A program made the position numbers and the translations under genes. A stretch of DNA of 63,312 bases, counting the filler, from Folioceros fuciformis (Eukaryota), in the NCBI GenBank assembly GCA_049999805.1. It is 10 parts of 10 records of this genome, joined end to end, with 100 filler letters (N's around TTAATTAATTAA, not from the genome) between each part and the next. Parts side by side here need not be neighbours in the genome. Positions count along the whole stretch, not along the records: positions 49,032 to 58,291 come from JBNGIO010000910.1; positions 58,392 to 60,555 come from JBNGIO010000913.1; positions 60,656 to 63,312 come from JBNGIO010000914.1; 7 more parts are not named here. One strand, given 5' to 3'. This document shows positions 52,101 to 63,312 of the stretch, piece after piece (position 1 is the stretch's first letter; every line of letters begins with the position of its first letter). Under the pieces are notes generated by a model. That model searched no databases, was not told the origin of the DNA, and saw nothing but the letters and a program-made list of their open reading frames with translations.

Positions 52101-53451
52101 TAAACATAGTGACCCAATTTGGAAATTGCAGTGGATTGACTCCTCGTCTGAACACGGTGAAACGCTGGTCTCTATCTCAACGGACGGACGAGTTTCCCAG
52201 TGGTCTATCAAGAAGGTAACTTGGCTTTCCTTCCTCTTTCCCTTTCCCTTTGTAGTCGAGGTACATCCGAGAGAAACTAGCTCTAAGTCCCCCATATCTT
52301 TGGATTCCACAGGAACTGGAGTTCGTGAATCTCATCAAGCTGAAGCTTGTTCCGAGTCAAGGAAAAGGAGCACAACCCCAGCCATTCATATCACGTCGCT
52401 CTGCAGGGCTGTGCTTTGACTTTTCTCCTCGTGATGCAAGGTAAGAGTAACAGCTCGTTGTTCCAGTTTCAGAACTGATACCTCTTGAAAGATACCTACT
52501 GAATGTAAAATTCTGGAGTAAAACGAATGCTCTGACCGGTGACTTTTGGCTCTTGTGCGTTCTGTATATCCTCATGTGCAGCTTGTATCTTGTTGGCACG
52601 GAAGAAGGGAAGATTCATAAGTGCAGCCGTTCCTACAATGAGCAGTACCTTCAGACATACGTGGGCCACACCGGCCCCGTCTATCAGGTTAGCCTCTCCC
52701 TGCGTATTGGTTGTAAGACACAATCTGTCCCTTGAATCCACGATTGTGAGTTCTGATAGTCAGTATGGGTGCAGGTGCGATGGTCTCCCGTGCTTCCATA
52801 TATTTTCCTCAGTTGCAGTAGTGACTGGACTGTTCGCCTCTGGCGAGAAGAGCAGGTACATCGGCACGTCAACCAATACAAGTTATTATTTGGATGTACG
52901 GCACTGGGATCGAACTCTAACACAGCTGTTTTTCTGAGACGAACTGCAGGAGACCGCACTGCTTGTATTTCAGTCTTCCAACGAAAGCATCTCAGATGTT
53001 CAATGGTCTGCTATCAGCTCTACAGTATTCGGCACAGTTGCAAACGATGGGCGAATAGAGGTATTGTCCGACTCCCTAGATCCATCGAACCATCTTTTCC
53101 AAAACACTTGTCTAAGTCGTGGCTCGTGTTGATCAGATATGGGATCTGACTGTCTCTGCAATGAAGCCTGTTTTGAAGCACATGTCACGCTCGAAGCAAT
53201 CCTGCCTAATTTTCTCCGAGGAATCTCCCATACTCTGCGCTGCCGGGAGCAATGGCTCTATCGAAGTTCTGAGATTGGTATGCCTTGCGCTTTGTTGATG
53301 TGCCACAATCTCGTTCCTGCCCCTTCAGCTCTGACCCATGTGCTTCTGTATCTTGTGCTATTAGGTCGGGTTTGACAGGTTGGAGAGCGAAGTGGATGAA
53401 GTGCAGAAACTCAAAGATGCATTGACCACTCACGTCAAGATCACGGTCTGA
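49126..53451 (+). CDS. Axonemal inner-arm dynein intermediate chain WDR78/DNAI4 (IC138-like), many exons
   Basis: VIDENGVDVTPKPL, ERAIVQN, NVSCMVWNK, AVGYG, FWSLKNP-YP, KHSDPIWKLQW, SISTDGRVSQW, YLVGTEEGKIHKCS-SYNEQYLQTY-GHTGPVYQ, FLSCSSDWTVRLW. Confidence 0.88.
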
Positions 53452-53624
53452 CCGCGCGCCAACCACTAGCTGTGAACGCACAGCTTCTCGCCACTTCTAA
53501 CAACGTCCGAGGGGTGTGACTATGAACTCGTCGACAGTCCAACATCGTGCAACTAACCAATTAACCAACTAAATATCATTGCACCACGCTGAGGTCATGT
53601 TGGGCGTTGCGATGGGCGTAGGCT

Positions 53625-56600
53625 ATGGACACTATTCTCTGCGCAACGTGCCCAGGGGAGCTACGATTGGGGCTCAGGCTTGACCAGGCATCCTCTGCGG
53701 TGCGCTGGACCCCATCGGTGCAAAATCTGCACCCGACTAATTTACAGAAAAGTGGGGAAGTTTATCATGGTGGGGGGCTGGCAACGCGCTCTCCCCTCCC
53801 GTATACCGCAGTCACGGCTGATAACGTGGGCAGATTGTGCGAGCAGGGGAAGCTCATTGAGGCTGTTGAGGGTTTGGGAGTTTTGGTGCCCACCAAGTGT
53901 GGTGTTTTCCCATCTATCTTGTATAAAGTGCTTCGGAAATGTGTGGGAAGGAAGGACATCGTTCTTGGGCGTCGTCTCCATGCTCTTGCAGTGAAATGTG
54001 GATATGAGCCGGATACGTTCTTGTGCAACCACTTTCTGCGCATGTATGCCGGTCATGCCCTGTTGGAGGAAGCGATGGAAGTTTTCAGCGTTGTAGCGGA
54101 GCCGGATGCCTTTACCTGGTCTGCCATAATATCCGCCCATGTCAAGCATGGACAGGATAAGCTGGCCATAGAGCTATATCATCGGATGTGTATGTCAGGT
54201 GTGAAGCCTGATGGGCATGTGTTTGTGGCAGCCCTTCAGGCTTGTGCGAGGGGAGCAGACCTGGAAGCTGGGCAGCAAGTGCATGCTGATGCCTTGGCCT
54301 GTGGGGTTGGGACAGATTTGTTTGTTTGTAATGGGTTGGTAGACATGTATGCCAAGTGTGGGAGTTTGGAGGACGCGCAAAGAGTGTTTGATGGACTTGG
54401 ACATAAAGATATAGTGACTTGGACAGTGCTGATTTCGGGATATTCGCACGGGGGCATGGGTCGGGAAGCACTGGATCTTTACAGTGCAATGGAAGAAGGA
54501 GGCATTGCTGTGCCTGATTCTGTGACGTTTGTGTGTCTGCTGCAGGCATGTGCTTGTGTGGGTGTGCCCGCTCTGGAGAAGGGGAAGCAGCTTCATGCAC
54601 AGATGGGAGAACGGGGAATTAAGGTGGATGTTGTTGTCGGTTGCAGCCTCGTTAACATGTACGTGAAGTGTGGAAGCCTGGAGGATGCTCGGGGTGTGTT
54701 TGATGGACTTGGTCAAAAGAATGTAGTGACATGGACTGCTTTGATAGCAGGATATTCTGAGCAGGGCATGGGGGGGGAAGCCCTGTCTCTTCACCGTACT
54801 ATGGAACAACAAAGTATGGCGGTATCCAATCCTGTGACATTTGTTTGTCTTTTGCGGGCCTGTGCTAGTGTGGGTGCACCGGCTTTACATAGGGGGAAGC
54901 AGCTTCATGCACAGATTACACAAGGAGGGTTTCAGGCTGATGCCCTTGTAGGTGGCGGCCTGGTTAACATGTACGCGAAGTGCGGCAGCCTGGAAGATGC
55001 TCAAAGTCTGTTTGACAGGCTTCCTCAGAAAGATGTGGTGACATGGACTGCTTTAATAGGAGGTTATTCTCAGGAGGGCAAGGGTCAAGAAGCACTTCGT
55101 CTGTACAGTGCAATGCAAGAAGAAAGCAGGGAGGCATTGAACTCTGCGACAATTGTGTGCCTCCTACAGGCATGTGCAAGTCTGGGTATTCCCGCCTTGG
55201 AGAAAGGGAAGCACCTTCATGCAAGGATTGAAGAACGAGGACTTCTTGCCGATGTGAGGGTTGGCAACAGTTTAGTAAACATGTATGTCAAGTGTGGCAG
55301 CTTGGAAGCTGCGCAAACCGTGTTTGACAGACTTGATCACAGAGATGAGGTCTCATGGATTGCCATGATGGCAGGTTATTCACAGCAGGGCAAAGGACAC
55401 GAGGCCCTCCATCTGTACAGCACTATGCGGGAAGAAGGCGTTGTTGCGCCAACTTCTGGGACATATGTGTGCGCCCTTCAGGCTTGTGCAACAGTTGGCA
55501 ACCCGGCGTTAGAGATGGGAAAGCAACTTCATTCAGAGATTGGAGACCGGGCGGATGAGGTTGTATGTTGCAGCCTAATCAATATGTATGCTAAGTGTGG
55601 CAGTTTGGAAGCCGCCCAAGCGGTGTTTGACCGGCTTGATCAAAAAAGTATCATCACATGGACCGCTTTGATGGCAGGATATTCCCAGCAGGGCAGGGGC
55701 CGGGAAGCCCTTTCTCTCTACAGGTCTATGCAACTGGAAGGCATTGTTACACCTGATGCTGTGACGTTTGTGTGCCTCCTGCACGCTTGTGCAAGTGTAG
55801 GTACCCTTGCTTTGGAGTGTGGGCAACAACTCCATGCACAGATTGGAGAACGAGGGCTTCAGAATGATGTGCATGTAGCCAACAACTTGGTGAACATGTA
55901 TGCCAAGTGTGGCAGCTTACAGAATGCTCGTTTTGTGTTTGAAAGGCTTGGCGAAAAAAATGTGGTGTCGTGGAATGCCGTGATAGCGGGCTATTCCCAG
56001 CAGAGCATGGGCCATGAAGCACTTCGTCTTTACAATGCCATGGAACAAGAAGGAATCACTGCACCCGACACAGTGACGTTTGTGTGCCTCCTTCAGGCTT
56101 GTGCAGGTGTCGGCATCTCTGCTTTGGAGGCAGGGAAGCATCTTCATTCACAGATTCAAGAGCAAGGTCTCCAAAATGACGGGTTCTTAGCCAACAGTTT
56201 GGTGAACATGTATGCAAAATGTGGCAGCCTTGGTGACGCTCGTGCTGTGTTTGACAGGCTTGTCGACAAAAGTGTGATCACATGGAATGCCATGATAGCA
56301 GGATACACACAACAGGGCATGGGACAGGAAGCCCTTCACCTTTACATGTTAATGCAAGAAGACGACATGGTTGCAGCTGATTGTGTGACGTTTGTTTGCC
56401 TCCTGCAGGCATGTGCAGACGTGGGAGCCTTGCATGTAGGAAGGCAGCTCCATTCCCACATTGAAGAACATGGGCTTCAATTCGATTCTGTCGTTGCCAT
56501 CAGTTTGATGAACATGTACGCAAAGTCTGGGAGCATGGTTGATGCAGAACAGGTGTTTCAAGGATTGCCCAAACAAGACCCTGCTGCTTGGAATGCACTG

Positions 56601-57407
56601 ATTTCTGGCTACTCCCGTCAAGGAGACAGTGAAGTGGTATTCAACCAGCTTCACAGAATGAAAGAGACCGGCATACAGCCAGCTGGCAACACGTTTCTTA
56701 GTTTACTCATTGTATGTAGTCATGCAGGCCTGGTGACAAAGGGAAGAGAGTGCTTCGCGTCTATGAGCAGAGACTATGGGGTGAGTCCCACATCTGAGCA
56801 CTACAAATGCCTGGTGGATCTCCTGAGTCGTGCCGGCCATTTGGATGAGGCTCTAGCTGTGGTGATGACTATGCCTGTACTCCCTGATGCTGCAGTTTGG
56901 CACACTCTCTTGAGTGCTTGTCGAAAGTGGAGCAACGTGGAGGTGGGGCGCCGTGCTTTTGATGAGGCAGTGAACCTAGATAGGAAAGATGCTGCAGCTT
57001 ATGTATTGATGTCGAGCATATACATCAGTGCCCAGATGTGGGAGCAGGCACGGGAGATGCAGGCGAGGAGGATAGGAAATGGAGCATGGAAGCAGCCAGG
57101 TCAGAGTTGTTGGACAGACTTAGAAGGTATCGTGCACAGCTTTTCGGTCGGGGACAAGAACCATGCTGAGCGTGAAGGTCAGCACCATAGGCACACTCTT
57201 TTCCAAATGAAGAAGGAAGATGCTGTGTCAGACGAGGACTCTTGGTGCGTGTTCGATGTTCGAAACGAAGATCGTTTCTATCCTTGTCGCTGTGCTCTCA
57301 AACATGTCTCCTACCCAAGTAGCCCACCAACACCAGCATTGTACAAAGCCGACGGAAGTTTGCTTAGTACATGGAGGGCATGTTTAATGTGCCCTCTCAG
57401 GCTCTAA
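53625..57407 (+). CDS. PLS-class PPR protein with E/E+ domains and a degenerate DYW-like tail (organellar RNA-editing factor family), single exon
   Basis: Repeated P-L-S triplets (LVNMYAKCGSLEDA..VFD, WTALIAGYSQQG, TFVCLLQACA); HYKCLVDLLSRAG; WKQPGQSCWTD..GIVHSFSVGD. Confidence 0.95.
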   Translation: MDTILCATCPGELRLGLRLDQASSAVRWTPSVQNLHPTNLQKSGEVYHGGGLATRSPLPYTAVTADNVGRLCEQGKLIEAVEGLGVLVPTKCGVFPSILYKVLRKCVGRKDIVLGRRLHALAVKCGYEPDTFLCNHFLRMYAGHALLEEAMEVFSVVAEPDAFTWSAIISAHVKHGQDKLAIELYHRMCMSGVKPDGHVFVAALQACARGADLEAGQQVHADALACGVGTDLFVCNGLVDMYAKCGSLEDAQRVFDGLGHKDIVTWTVLISGYSHGGMGREALDLYSAMEEGGIAVPDSVTFVCLLQACACVGVPALEKGKQLHAQMGERGIKVDVVVGCSLVNMYVKCGSLEDARGVFDGLGQKNVVTWTALIAGYSEQGMGGEALSLHRTMEQQSMAVSNPVTFVCLLRACASVGAPALHRGKQLHAQITQGGFQADALVGGGLVNMYAKCGSLEDAQSLFDRLPQKDVVTWTALIGGYSQEGKGQEALRLYSAMQEESREALNSATIVCLLQACASLGIPALEKGKHLHARIEERGLLADVRVGNSLVNMYVKCGSLEAAQTVFDRLDHRDEVSWIAMMAGYSQQGKGHEALHLYSTMREEGVVAPTSGTYVCALQACATVGNPALEMGKQLHSEIGDRADEVVCCSLINMYAKCGSLEAAQAVFDRLDQKSIITWTALMAGYSQQGRGREALSLYRSMQLEGIVTPDAVTFVCLLHACASVGTLALECGQQLHAQIGERGLQNDVHVANNLVNMYAKCGSLQNARFVFERLGEKNVVSWNAVIAGYSQQSMGHEALRLYNAMEQEGITAPDTVTFVCLLQACAGVGISALEAGKHLHSQIQEQGLQNDGFLANSLVNMYAKCGSLGDARAVFDRLVDKSVITWNAMIAGYTQQGMGQEALHLYMLMQEDDMVAADCVTFVCLLQACADVGALHVGRQLHSHIEEHGLQFDSVVAISLMNMYAKSGSMVDAEQVFQGLPKQDPAAWNALISGYSRQGDSEVVFNQLHRMKETGIQPAGNTFLSLLIVCSHAGLVTKGRECFASMSRDYGVSPTSEHYKCLVDLLSRAGHLDEALAVVMTMPVLPDAAVWHTLLSACRKWSNVEVGRRAFDEAVNLDRKDAAAYVLMSSIYISAQMWEQAREMQARRIGNGAWKQPGQSCWTDLEGIVHSFSVGDKNHAEREGQHHRHTLFQMKKEDAVSDEDSWCVFDVRNEDRFYPCRCALKHVSYPSSPPTPALYKADGSLLSTWRACLMCPLRL

Positions 57408-57692
57408 CATTGTAGCCAGCAGTAGCAGTCCTTGGTGCAAAAAACATGTAAACTACCGAGTCCGTCCTCCAACAAGAGCGGAAGGATCTCACCCTAGAAG
57501 TGCGACAGAAGCTGGCCTGGTGATCGACACAGACTGGGATCACGATCAAGTGTGCACGAGGTTCCCAAGGAAGTTCCATTTTTGTGAAAATCAATGCGAA
57601 TAATAATGACCTTGTCGGACCGCTCTAAAGGACAATTCAATTGGTATGTCACAACAATTAAATAATACGTTAAGTTAATTAGGACCGAATAA

Positions 57693-57770
57693 CGTAGTGG
57701 ATTAGGGACCATAGCGCAGTGGATTAGGGACCATAGCGCAGTGGATTAGGGACCATGGCGCACTGGATTA
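57693..57770 (+). repeat. 22-bp tandem repeat, about 3.5 copies
   Basis: GCAGTGGATTAGGGACCATAGC repeated. Confidence 0.88.
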
Positions 57771-60186
57771 TCTTCTTGTATTTTCAATTCAAAATTGGTG
57801 AATGCATAAGACTCGAATAGCGTCTGGATCAGGGCTACCATCGCAGATCCAAAAGGTGTGGGATCGGATCCCTTGTAGCTATTTGTATAAGAGGAGAGCC
57901 TTGATCTTTTACGATCAAGAGAATGATTTCACATCGTGTTTTTTAGATTAGAAAATTAGAATTGGTACACTTTTCTAGTCTTTGGTTCTCATATTGGGAT
58001 CACTTGGCATTGCTTATTATCCAAGGGCTTTCAGGCATACCAAACCATACAGAGGGGAGGTTGGACTATTTATTGGTTTCACCTAGAGTATCTACGGGTA
58101 TTTGCCACAAGATGCTTTTTTGCTTGTGTCCAATTTAGACATAACCCCAAAGCAAACACTTCAGCCATACCAGACATTGAAAATTGCACACGCTTTAAGA
58201 GTTTTCCCACACTTCTCTCTTGTTCAATGTGATTTTGCATTTATCCTTCTTGTTTTCATGGTTTAGGGTTTGTTTAGGGGTTGCTGATGGCNNNNNNNNN
58301 NNNNNNNNNNNNNNNNNNNNNNNNNNNNNNNNNNNTTAATTAATTAANNNNNNNNNNNNNNNNNNNNNNNNNNNNNNNNNNNNNNNNNNNNGACCCGCCG
58401 GCTCGCGCAAATTCGACTCAACTGAAGCCGGAATATTCTGAAACTGTCATGGATTGGGCGCGTCGGGTATAAAAACGCAAGCAGCCGGGTCCCAGATCAT
58501 GTCATGTGTGGATCGTGGAGCCTCGCCGCTGCTGTGTGCTGTGTGCTGTTCTTCCTGCTCGTGCTCCTGCTGCTTTCTGTTGCTTGCAAGCAAGCGAACC
58601 TGCCTCGAGCGCGTGTGGAGTTGCGTGTTACCGTCCCGCAGTCATTGCTGCTGTTTAGTCCGTCAACCGCTCGCTTGTTTTTTTCCATCTTTGCTGCCTC
58701 CGGTTTCTTCTAGTTGCAGCGTCCCGTGTAGAAGAGCGCGTTGGATGTTGTTGTGATGCAGAGATCCGGGAAACAGTGCAGAGCGGACTGTTTTGCTGCA
58801 TGACTTGGTTGGTTGTATGTATGTGTGTTGCTCACGTTGTTGCAACCTTAAAGCGTTTTTTCGCTACCTACCTGCAGCTTGCCAATGGATGACGTCTGTG
58901 TCTACACAGGTGGGAAGTGGTTGAAGACGGTGGTCTTTGTTGCATGCATACGATCGTGCGGCCTGGCAGAGCGCAAGTAGCTTTATCGGAAGCTGTCGGC
59001 CACGGCCAGAGGAGTTCTTGCTACTGCAACTGATTCTCTTTACTCTTGCTCACACCTCAAGGCTTGATATTTTTTTCGTGGCCCCAGGCTCCAGGAGCAG
59101 GCCACGGACAGAATCATCCAGCCTTGAGTTGTGGGCGAGCGTAAACTGGAACAGTGATGAGTAATGGCGTACGCGCGTGGGAATCACGTCTCGCTACTCG
59201 TTCTTGTTGCCGAGAATGTGAGGAGGGCCCGGCGTCACGGCTCTCCCGGAGGGTCGAACCTGATGAGCGGAATATGGACTTCGAGCACTCCCCCAAGTCT
59301 CGGTCTCGCAGAATGTTCTTCTGTTCTTTTCCTTCACTCTTAGAAGATATTTACATACAACTTTCTGCTCGAAATCTCACGTGGTCAGGCATTGGAGCGG
59401 CAGGCGACCCATTGGCCGCTTCCTTCCCTTGAAGACAGTTATGTTGTGTACGAGAAGCAGACGATAGGCTGCATGCAGACTCTGCAGTGTAGATGCGTGA
59501 TTCTGTTGCGTCTCCTAACATGCTTACGTCGAGCCATATGTGCCTGAAAGGTGCACACGAAAGATGTATTCAATTCCACAAAGTGGCGAACACTGTGTGT
59601 GAATGAGTGATAAGCGATGATGCGTGTAAATGATATTCAACAGTAGGTGGCGTCCAAGTATCACTCAGAGTCTCATGTCTCGGTGAAGGGGAAGAAGAGG
59701 AGTTCACCACTTCACGTCATTGGTTGAGTTGGATGCAACAATAAAACTTGTGACATTGTTTTGAACGAGGTTCATCCCCGCCAAATGCAAGCCAGCAGCA
59801 TGGCATGGGGCCTTTCTTCGATTTGAAGTTCTCAGCTTGCTGCTTGCTGCTAGCTGCGCTTGTTCAGCACACTAACTCGTGCTGCACAGCTGCAAATTCT
59901 GCAACACAGCAAGAAAACAAACCACTTGTCAAATGGTTCAGTACGTGTGCCATGTGCCTTTCGCCTTGCCTCCGTTTGCCTTGCTCCTAATCAAGGGAAA
60001 GACGGACCGCAACAAGAAAATGAACGGAGACGCGGATGACAATTACCTCCTGCTGCTGGATCCGCAGCAAGGTAGAAGAAGCCAGGCAAGGGTATGGGGA
60101 TTACTTCTCCTTTGGAAAGAAGGAGACACAGAAGGAAGGGATGCAAAAGGAAGAAAACGAAGCAGGAGGAGGAGGAGGAGGAGTGA

Positions 60187-60555
60187 TTAAGCGCAGGTCC
60201 AGACGGAGCAGAAGGTGACGGGCTGGTTCTTCCACAAGAGGACGGCGCAGTCCATGTCGAGGAGCAGATCCCACTGGGAATCGTATTTCCTGAGAACAGC
60301 CCTGGAATTATCCAGGACGTCCTCGCTGAGAGCGGCGGGGGCGAAGGCAGCCCGGCGCATCCTGGACACCCAGCAGGCGTGGGGCTCGTTGCGCTCGATT
60401 CTAGTGAGCCCGTCGCAGGCGACGGCGTTGAGCATCATCATCCCGGCCTCGTACTCGACGATCTGCCGCTCCTCGCTGGCCTTGCCCTTGTACGACGCCG
60501 CGTTGGAGTCGAAGAAGCGCCAGAAAAACGACGCGACATGCGGAAACCTGGCGGC
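60187..60555 (-). CDS. NSP1: GRAS transcription factor C-terminus, NSP1-like (5' part in gap)
   Basis: FFWRFFDSNAASYKGKASEERQIVEYEAG..RNEPHACWVSRMRRAAF..SEDVLDNSRAVLRKYDSQW..LLWKNQPVTFCSVW parallels the NSP1 WRFLDS..EER..RALLRKYD..WK.QPVSFCSLW signature. Confidence 0.85.
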   Translation of the reverse strand, partial: AARFPHVASFFWRFFDSNAASYKGKASEERQIVEYEAGMMMLNAVACDGLTRIERNEPHACWVSRMRRAAFAPAALSEDVLDNSRAVLRKYDSQWDLLLDMDCAVLLWKNQPVTFCSVWTCA

Positions 60556-60655
60556 NNNNNNNNNNNNNNNNNNNNNNNNNNNNNNNNNNNNNNNNNNNNT
60601 TAATTAATTAANNNNNNNNNNNNNNNNNNNNNNNNNNNNNNNNNNNNNNNNNNNN

Positions 60656-63312
60656 CAGGTTGAACCATGTACAAGACCTCCTCGAGTTCGCCATGAAGGA
60701 AGACCGTGCATACGTACATCTGGTGGAGTTCAAGGTCAAATTCAGCAGCCATTGCCAACAGAATCCGGACAGAGGGTGGCTTAACGACGGGAGAAAATGT
60801 GTCTCCATGGTTAATTCCAGGTATCTGCGAAAACCCACGAGCTACTAGACGTGATTTATACCGGGCAATTGACCCATCTGCCTTGAGCTTGGTTTTAAAA
60901 ACCCACTTACATGTGATAGGTTTCCTTCCAGGCGGCAGATCTGCAAGTTCCCATGTGTGATTCTTCACCAAGGAATTATACTCGTCATTAATGGAGATTC
61001 TCCAATGCTTGCCATCAGGCCCCTCTAGGGCTTCCTTGTAACTCTGAGGATCAGGTCGAACCTCAGGCACATGTACATCAGAAACATGAGCAGACGGCCT
61101 TCGAAAATCAATGGCCTGGTATGGAGGTTCCTGCCACTCAGATCGTGGCCTGCGCTCACGAGCAGGGTACCTAGGAGAGGTATCCCCCACTGCAGCAGCA
61201 GAAGCGGTATCCCCCACTGCAGCAGGAGGAGGTACTCCTTCTCCATTCGATGAATCTGCATTCACGAAAGAGTTTGCTGAACCAAGGGAGCCATCATCAC
61301 TGCGACTTGCAACGCTGTCAGAATCTGCATCCACATCTGATTCAGGGTGAGCAGCATCTGAAATGTGTTCATCATCACTGTCCTCTTGACCAGCAGGATC
61401 TGCAACTGCAGGGATCTGATCATTGGCTGCGTGCATGGCAGGATTCTGAGGACAAGGCTGTCCAAGCTGAACAGCTAGAACAGGTGGATTAATTAGTTCA
61501 TCCACAGCTGTTAGATCAGCAGCATCTGGTGACTCTCCATCAGACTGTGGATAGTGCATAGGAATTGCAACAGACTGCTCATCTAGTAAGGAACCTGAAC
61601 GGGAAGCATGACCTGAGCTGAGTGTATCACCATCAGTCTGTGGGAAGATAAGCTCCTTGAACGTCGCACTCCTTGACAAGGTAATTTTGGATGTGACAGG
61701 ATCAAACAGTTTATATGCCTTAGATTCCTCAGAGTAGCCTACAAAGACCAGCTGTTTAGCCCTATCATCTAATTTCTTGCGCTTTGCCTCAGATATGAAA
61801 GCAAACGCTGGTGACCCAAAGACCTTGAGATGCTGCAAGCTTGGCTTCCTTCCCTAGAAAGCTTCGTATGGCGTTTTGCCTGGCAGGGCTGAAGTAACAA
61901 CTCTGTTTAGCAAGTAAGTTGCTGTAACAACAGCCTCTGCCCAGTAGCTCTTGTGCAGCCCTACGTATGATAGCATGCACCTAGTCATTCCCATAAGTGT
62001 TTGGTTTTTCCTCTCGGCAACCCCGTTTTGCTGCTGGGTATAGGGCACAGAGAGTTGGCGAATGATTCCAAACTGCTGGAAGAGGTCATCAAACCTTTGG
62101 CCTGTGAATTCCCCGCCGTTATCAGTCCTGAAGCACTTCACCAGACAGCCTGGTTGGCATTGCACCATAGGGATCCAGGAAGCAATCTGATCATACACAT
62201 CACTTTTGTGTCTGATAGGAAAGTCCGCGTGTATCGTGAAAAATCATTTGTCAAGGTTAGGTAGTATTCTGCACCTCCTAATGATTTGACCTAAATTTTT
62301 CCAGCGATATCAGCGTGTATGAGTTCAAGCAGAGCCTTAGCATGGTTAGGAGCTCTGTTCTTGAATGGCAGCTCTTTCTGCTTAGAAAGAATGCAAGAGC
62401 TGCAAGACTCCAAGAGCTTGAAACAAGAAGGTAACTTTTCCCTATACAGATCTGAGTTGGCCATGACGTTAAGCTTAAACTTATTGACATGGCCCAATCT
62501 CGCATGCCAGAGATTAGCCTGAGCATATGATGCAGCCACTAACGCCCTAGCCTTACTTTGTAACCGTGACAAGCTGGTAAAGATCATTAACCAGGATGGC
62601 CTTTGCTACATAGTTTTGAGGATTAGACAGTTCGTAAATGTAGCACTTCCTATCCTCAAATCGAAAGCCATACTGTTGACTTTGTGCTACATCCCTAATG
62701 CTAAGCAAGTTTTTGCTCATGTCAGGTACAAACAGCACATCTTCTAAGTGCAGAGACGCACCTCCCAGCAAAGGTATGACTACATCACCACAGCCCTTAA
62801 CGTCTACACCTCTAGAGTCCCCAACAAACAGTGATTGTGGAGACTTGTGTTTGTGAAAGGTGGAGAACAGCTGGCGGTTGTTACAAACATGTGCAGTGGC
62901 ACCTGAATCAACAAACCACGATGATGAAGTTTCCCTATAGGACGTCAGGCAAACTGTTAGTACAGAACTGCTGCTCTTATGTTTCTGCTGATGTGTGGAG
63001 TTGCTCTTCTCATGGGATGTGACATGTGCCTCAGACTTGCTCTCCTTCTTGGCTTCGCCGGCTTTCTTCTTGCGGCAGTCACGTTCCCAGTGACCTGGCA
63101 CTTGACACCAGTTACAATTTCCTTGTCGTTTGGGAGTGGCAGGAGTCGAGGAATTCTGGCCTTGAGGTGAGTTACCCTTCTTCCCTTTCCCCTTCCAAGG
63201 TCCTTTGCCTTTTGTTGCAAACAGGACCTTCTCACCTCGAAGACGAGTGCCACCTGATTTATGTCTGCTCTGCTCCTCTTGCAGGAGAGCTCCAATGACT
63301 TCATTCAGATTC
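60656..63312 (-). mobile_element. Ty1/Copia LTR retrotransposon (gag knuckle, protease, integrase, RT), degenerate, truncated at both ends
   Basis: CNWCQVPGHWERDC, WFVDSGATAHV, LWHARLGH, RTDNGGEF, QQNGVAERKN, KKLDDRA, CKWVFKTK..YKSRLVARGFSQ; PR-IN-RT order. Confidence 0.95.

Noticed and set aside
58259-58281. Telomere-like TTTAGGG motifs
   Set aside because: Only two imperfect copies; common telo-box-like sequence.

Overview
Fragmented nuclear scaffold of a compact, gene-dense non-seed land plant. A flagellar inner-arm dynein chain, PLS-class PPR, 4CL, NSP1, GAPA and short introns point this way, and the WW-like PPR PG-box suggests a hornwort (inference). Ten contigs are joined by nine artificial 100-nt N/TTAATTAATTAA/N spacers. 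Host genes: R2R3-MYB (subgroup 21), tRNA-Gly(GCC), mitochondrial RPL3, Aladin, an SDR dehydrogenase, GAPA, an Mpv17/PXMP2 gene, mitochondrial RPL14, PUX7-like, RAMP4, KOBITO1, a Gnk2/DUF26 protein, a receptor-like kinase, 4CL, WDR78/IC138, a PPR and NSP1. Mobile DNA: a CRE-like non-LTR relic, a PHD-bearing fragment, a Ty1/Copia and a Ty3/Gypsy. Two things stand out. (1) The Ty3/Gypsy element encodes a DNMT3-like C5-cytosine methyltransferase immediately upstream of its reverse transcriptase. (2) Mitochondrial RPL14 is a start-less exon nested in the last intron of the Mpv17 gene, apparently borrowing that gene's N-terminus by alternative splicing. KOBITO1 is split across two contigs in opposite orientations, suggesting a scaffolding inversion.
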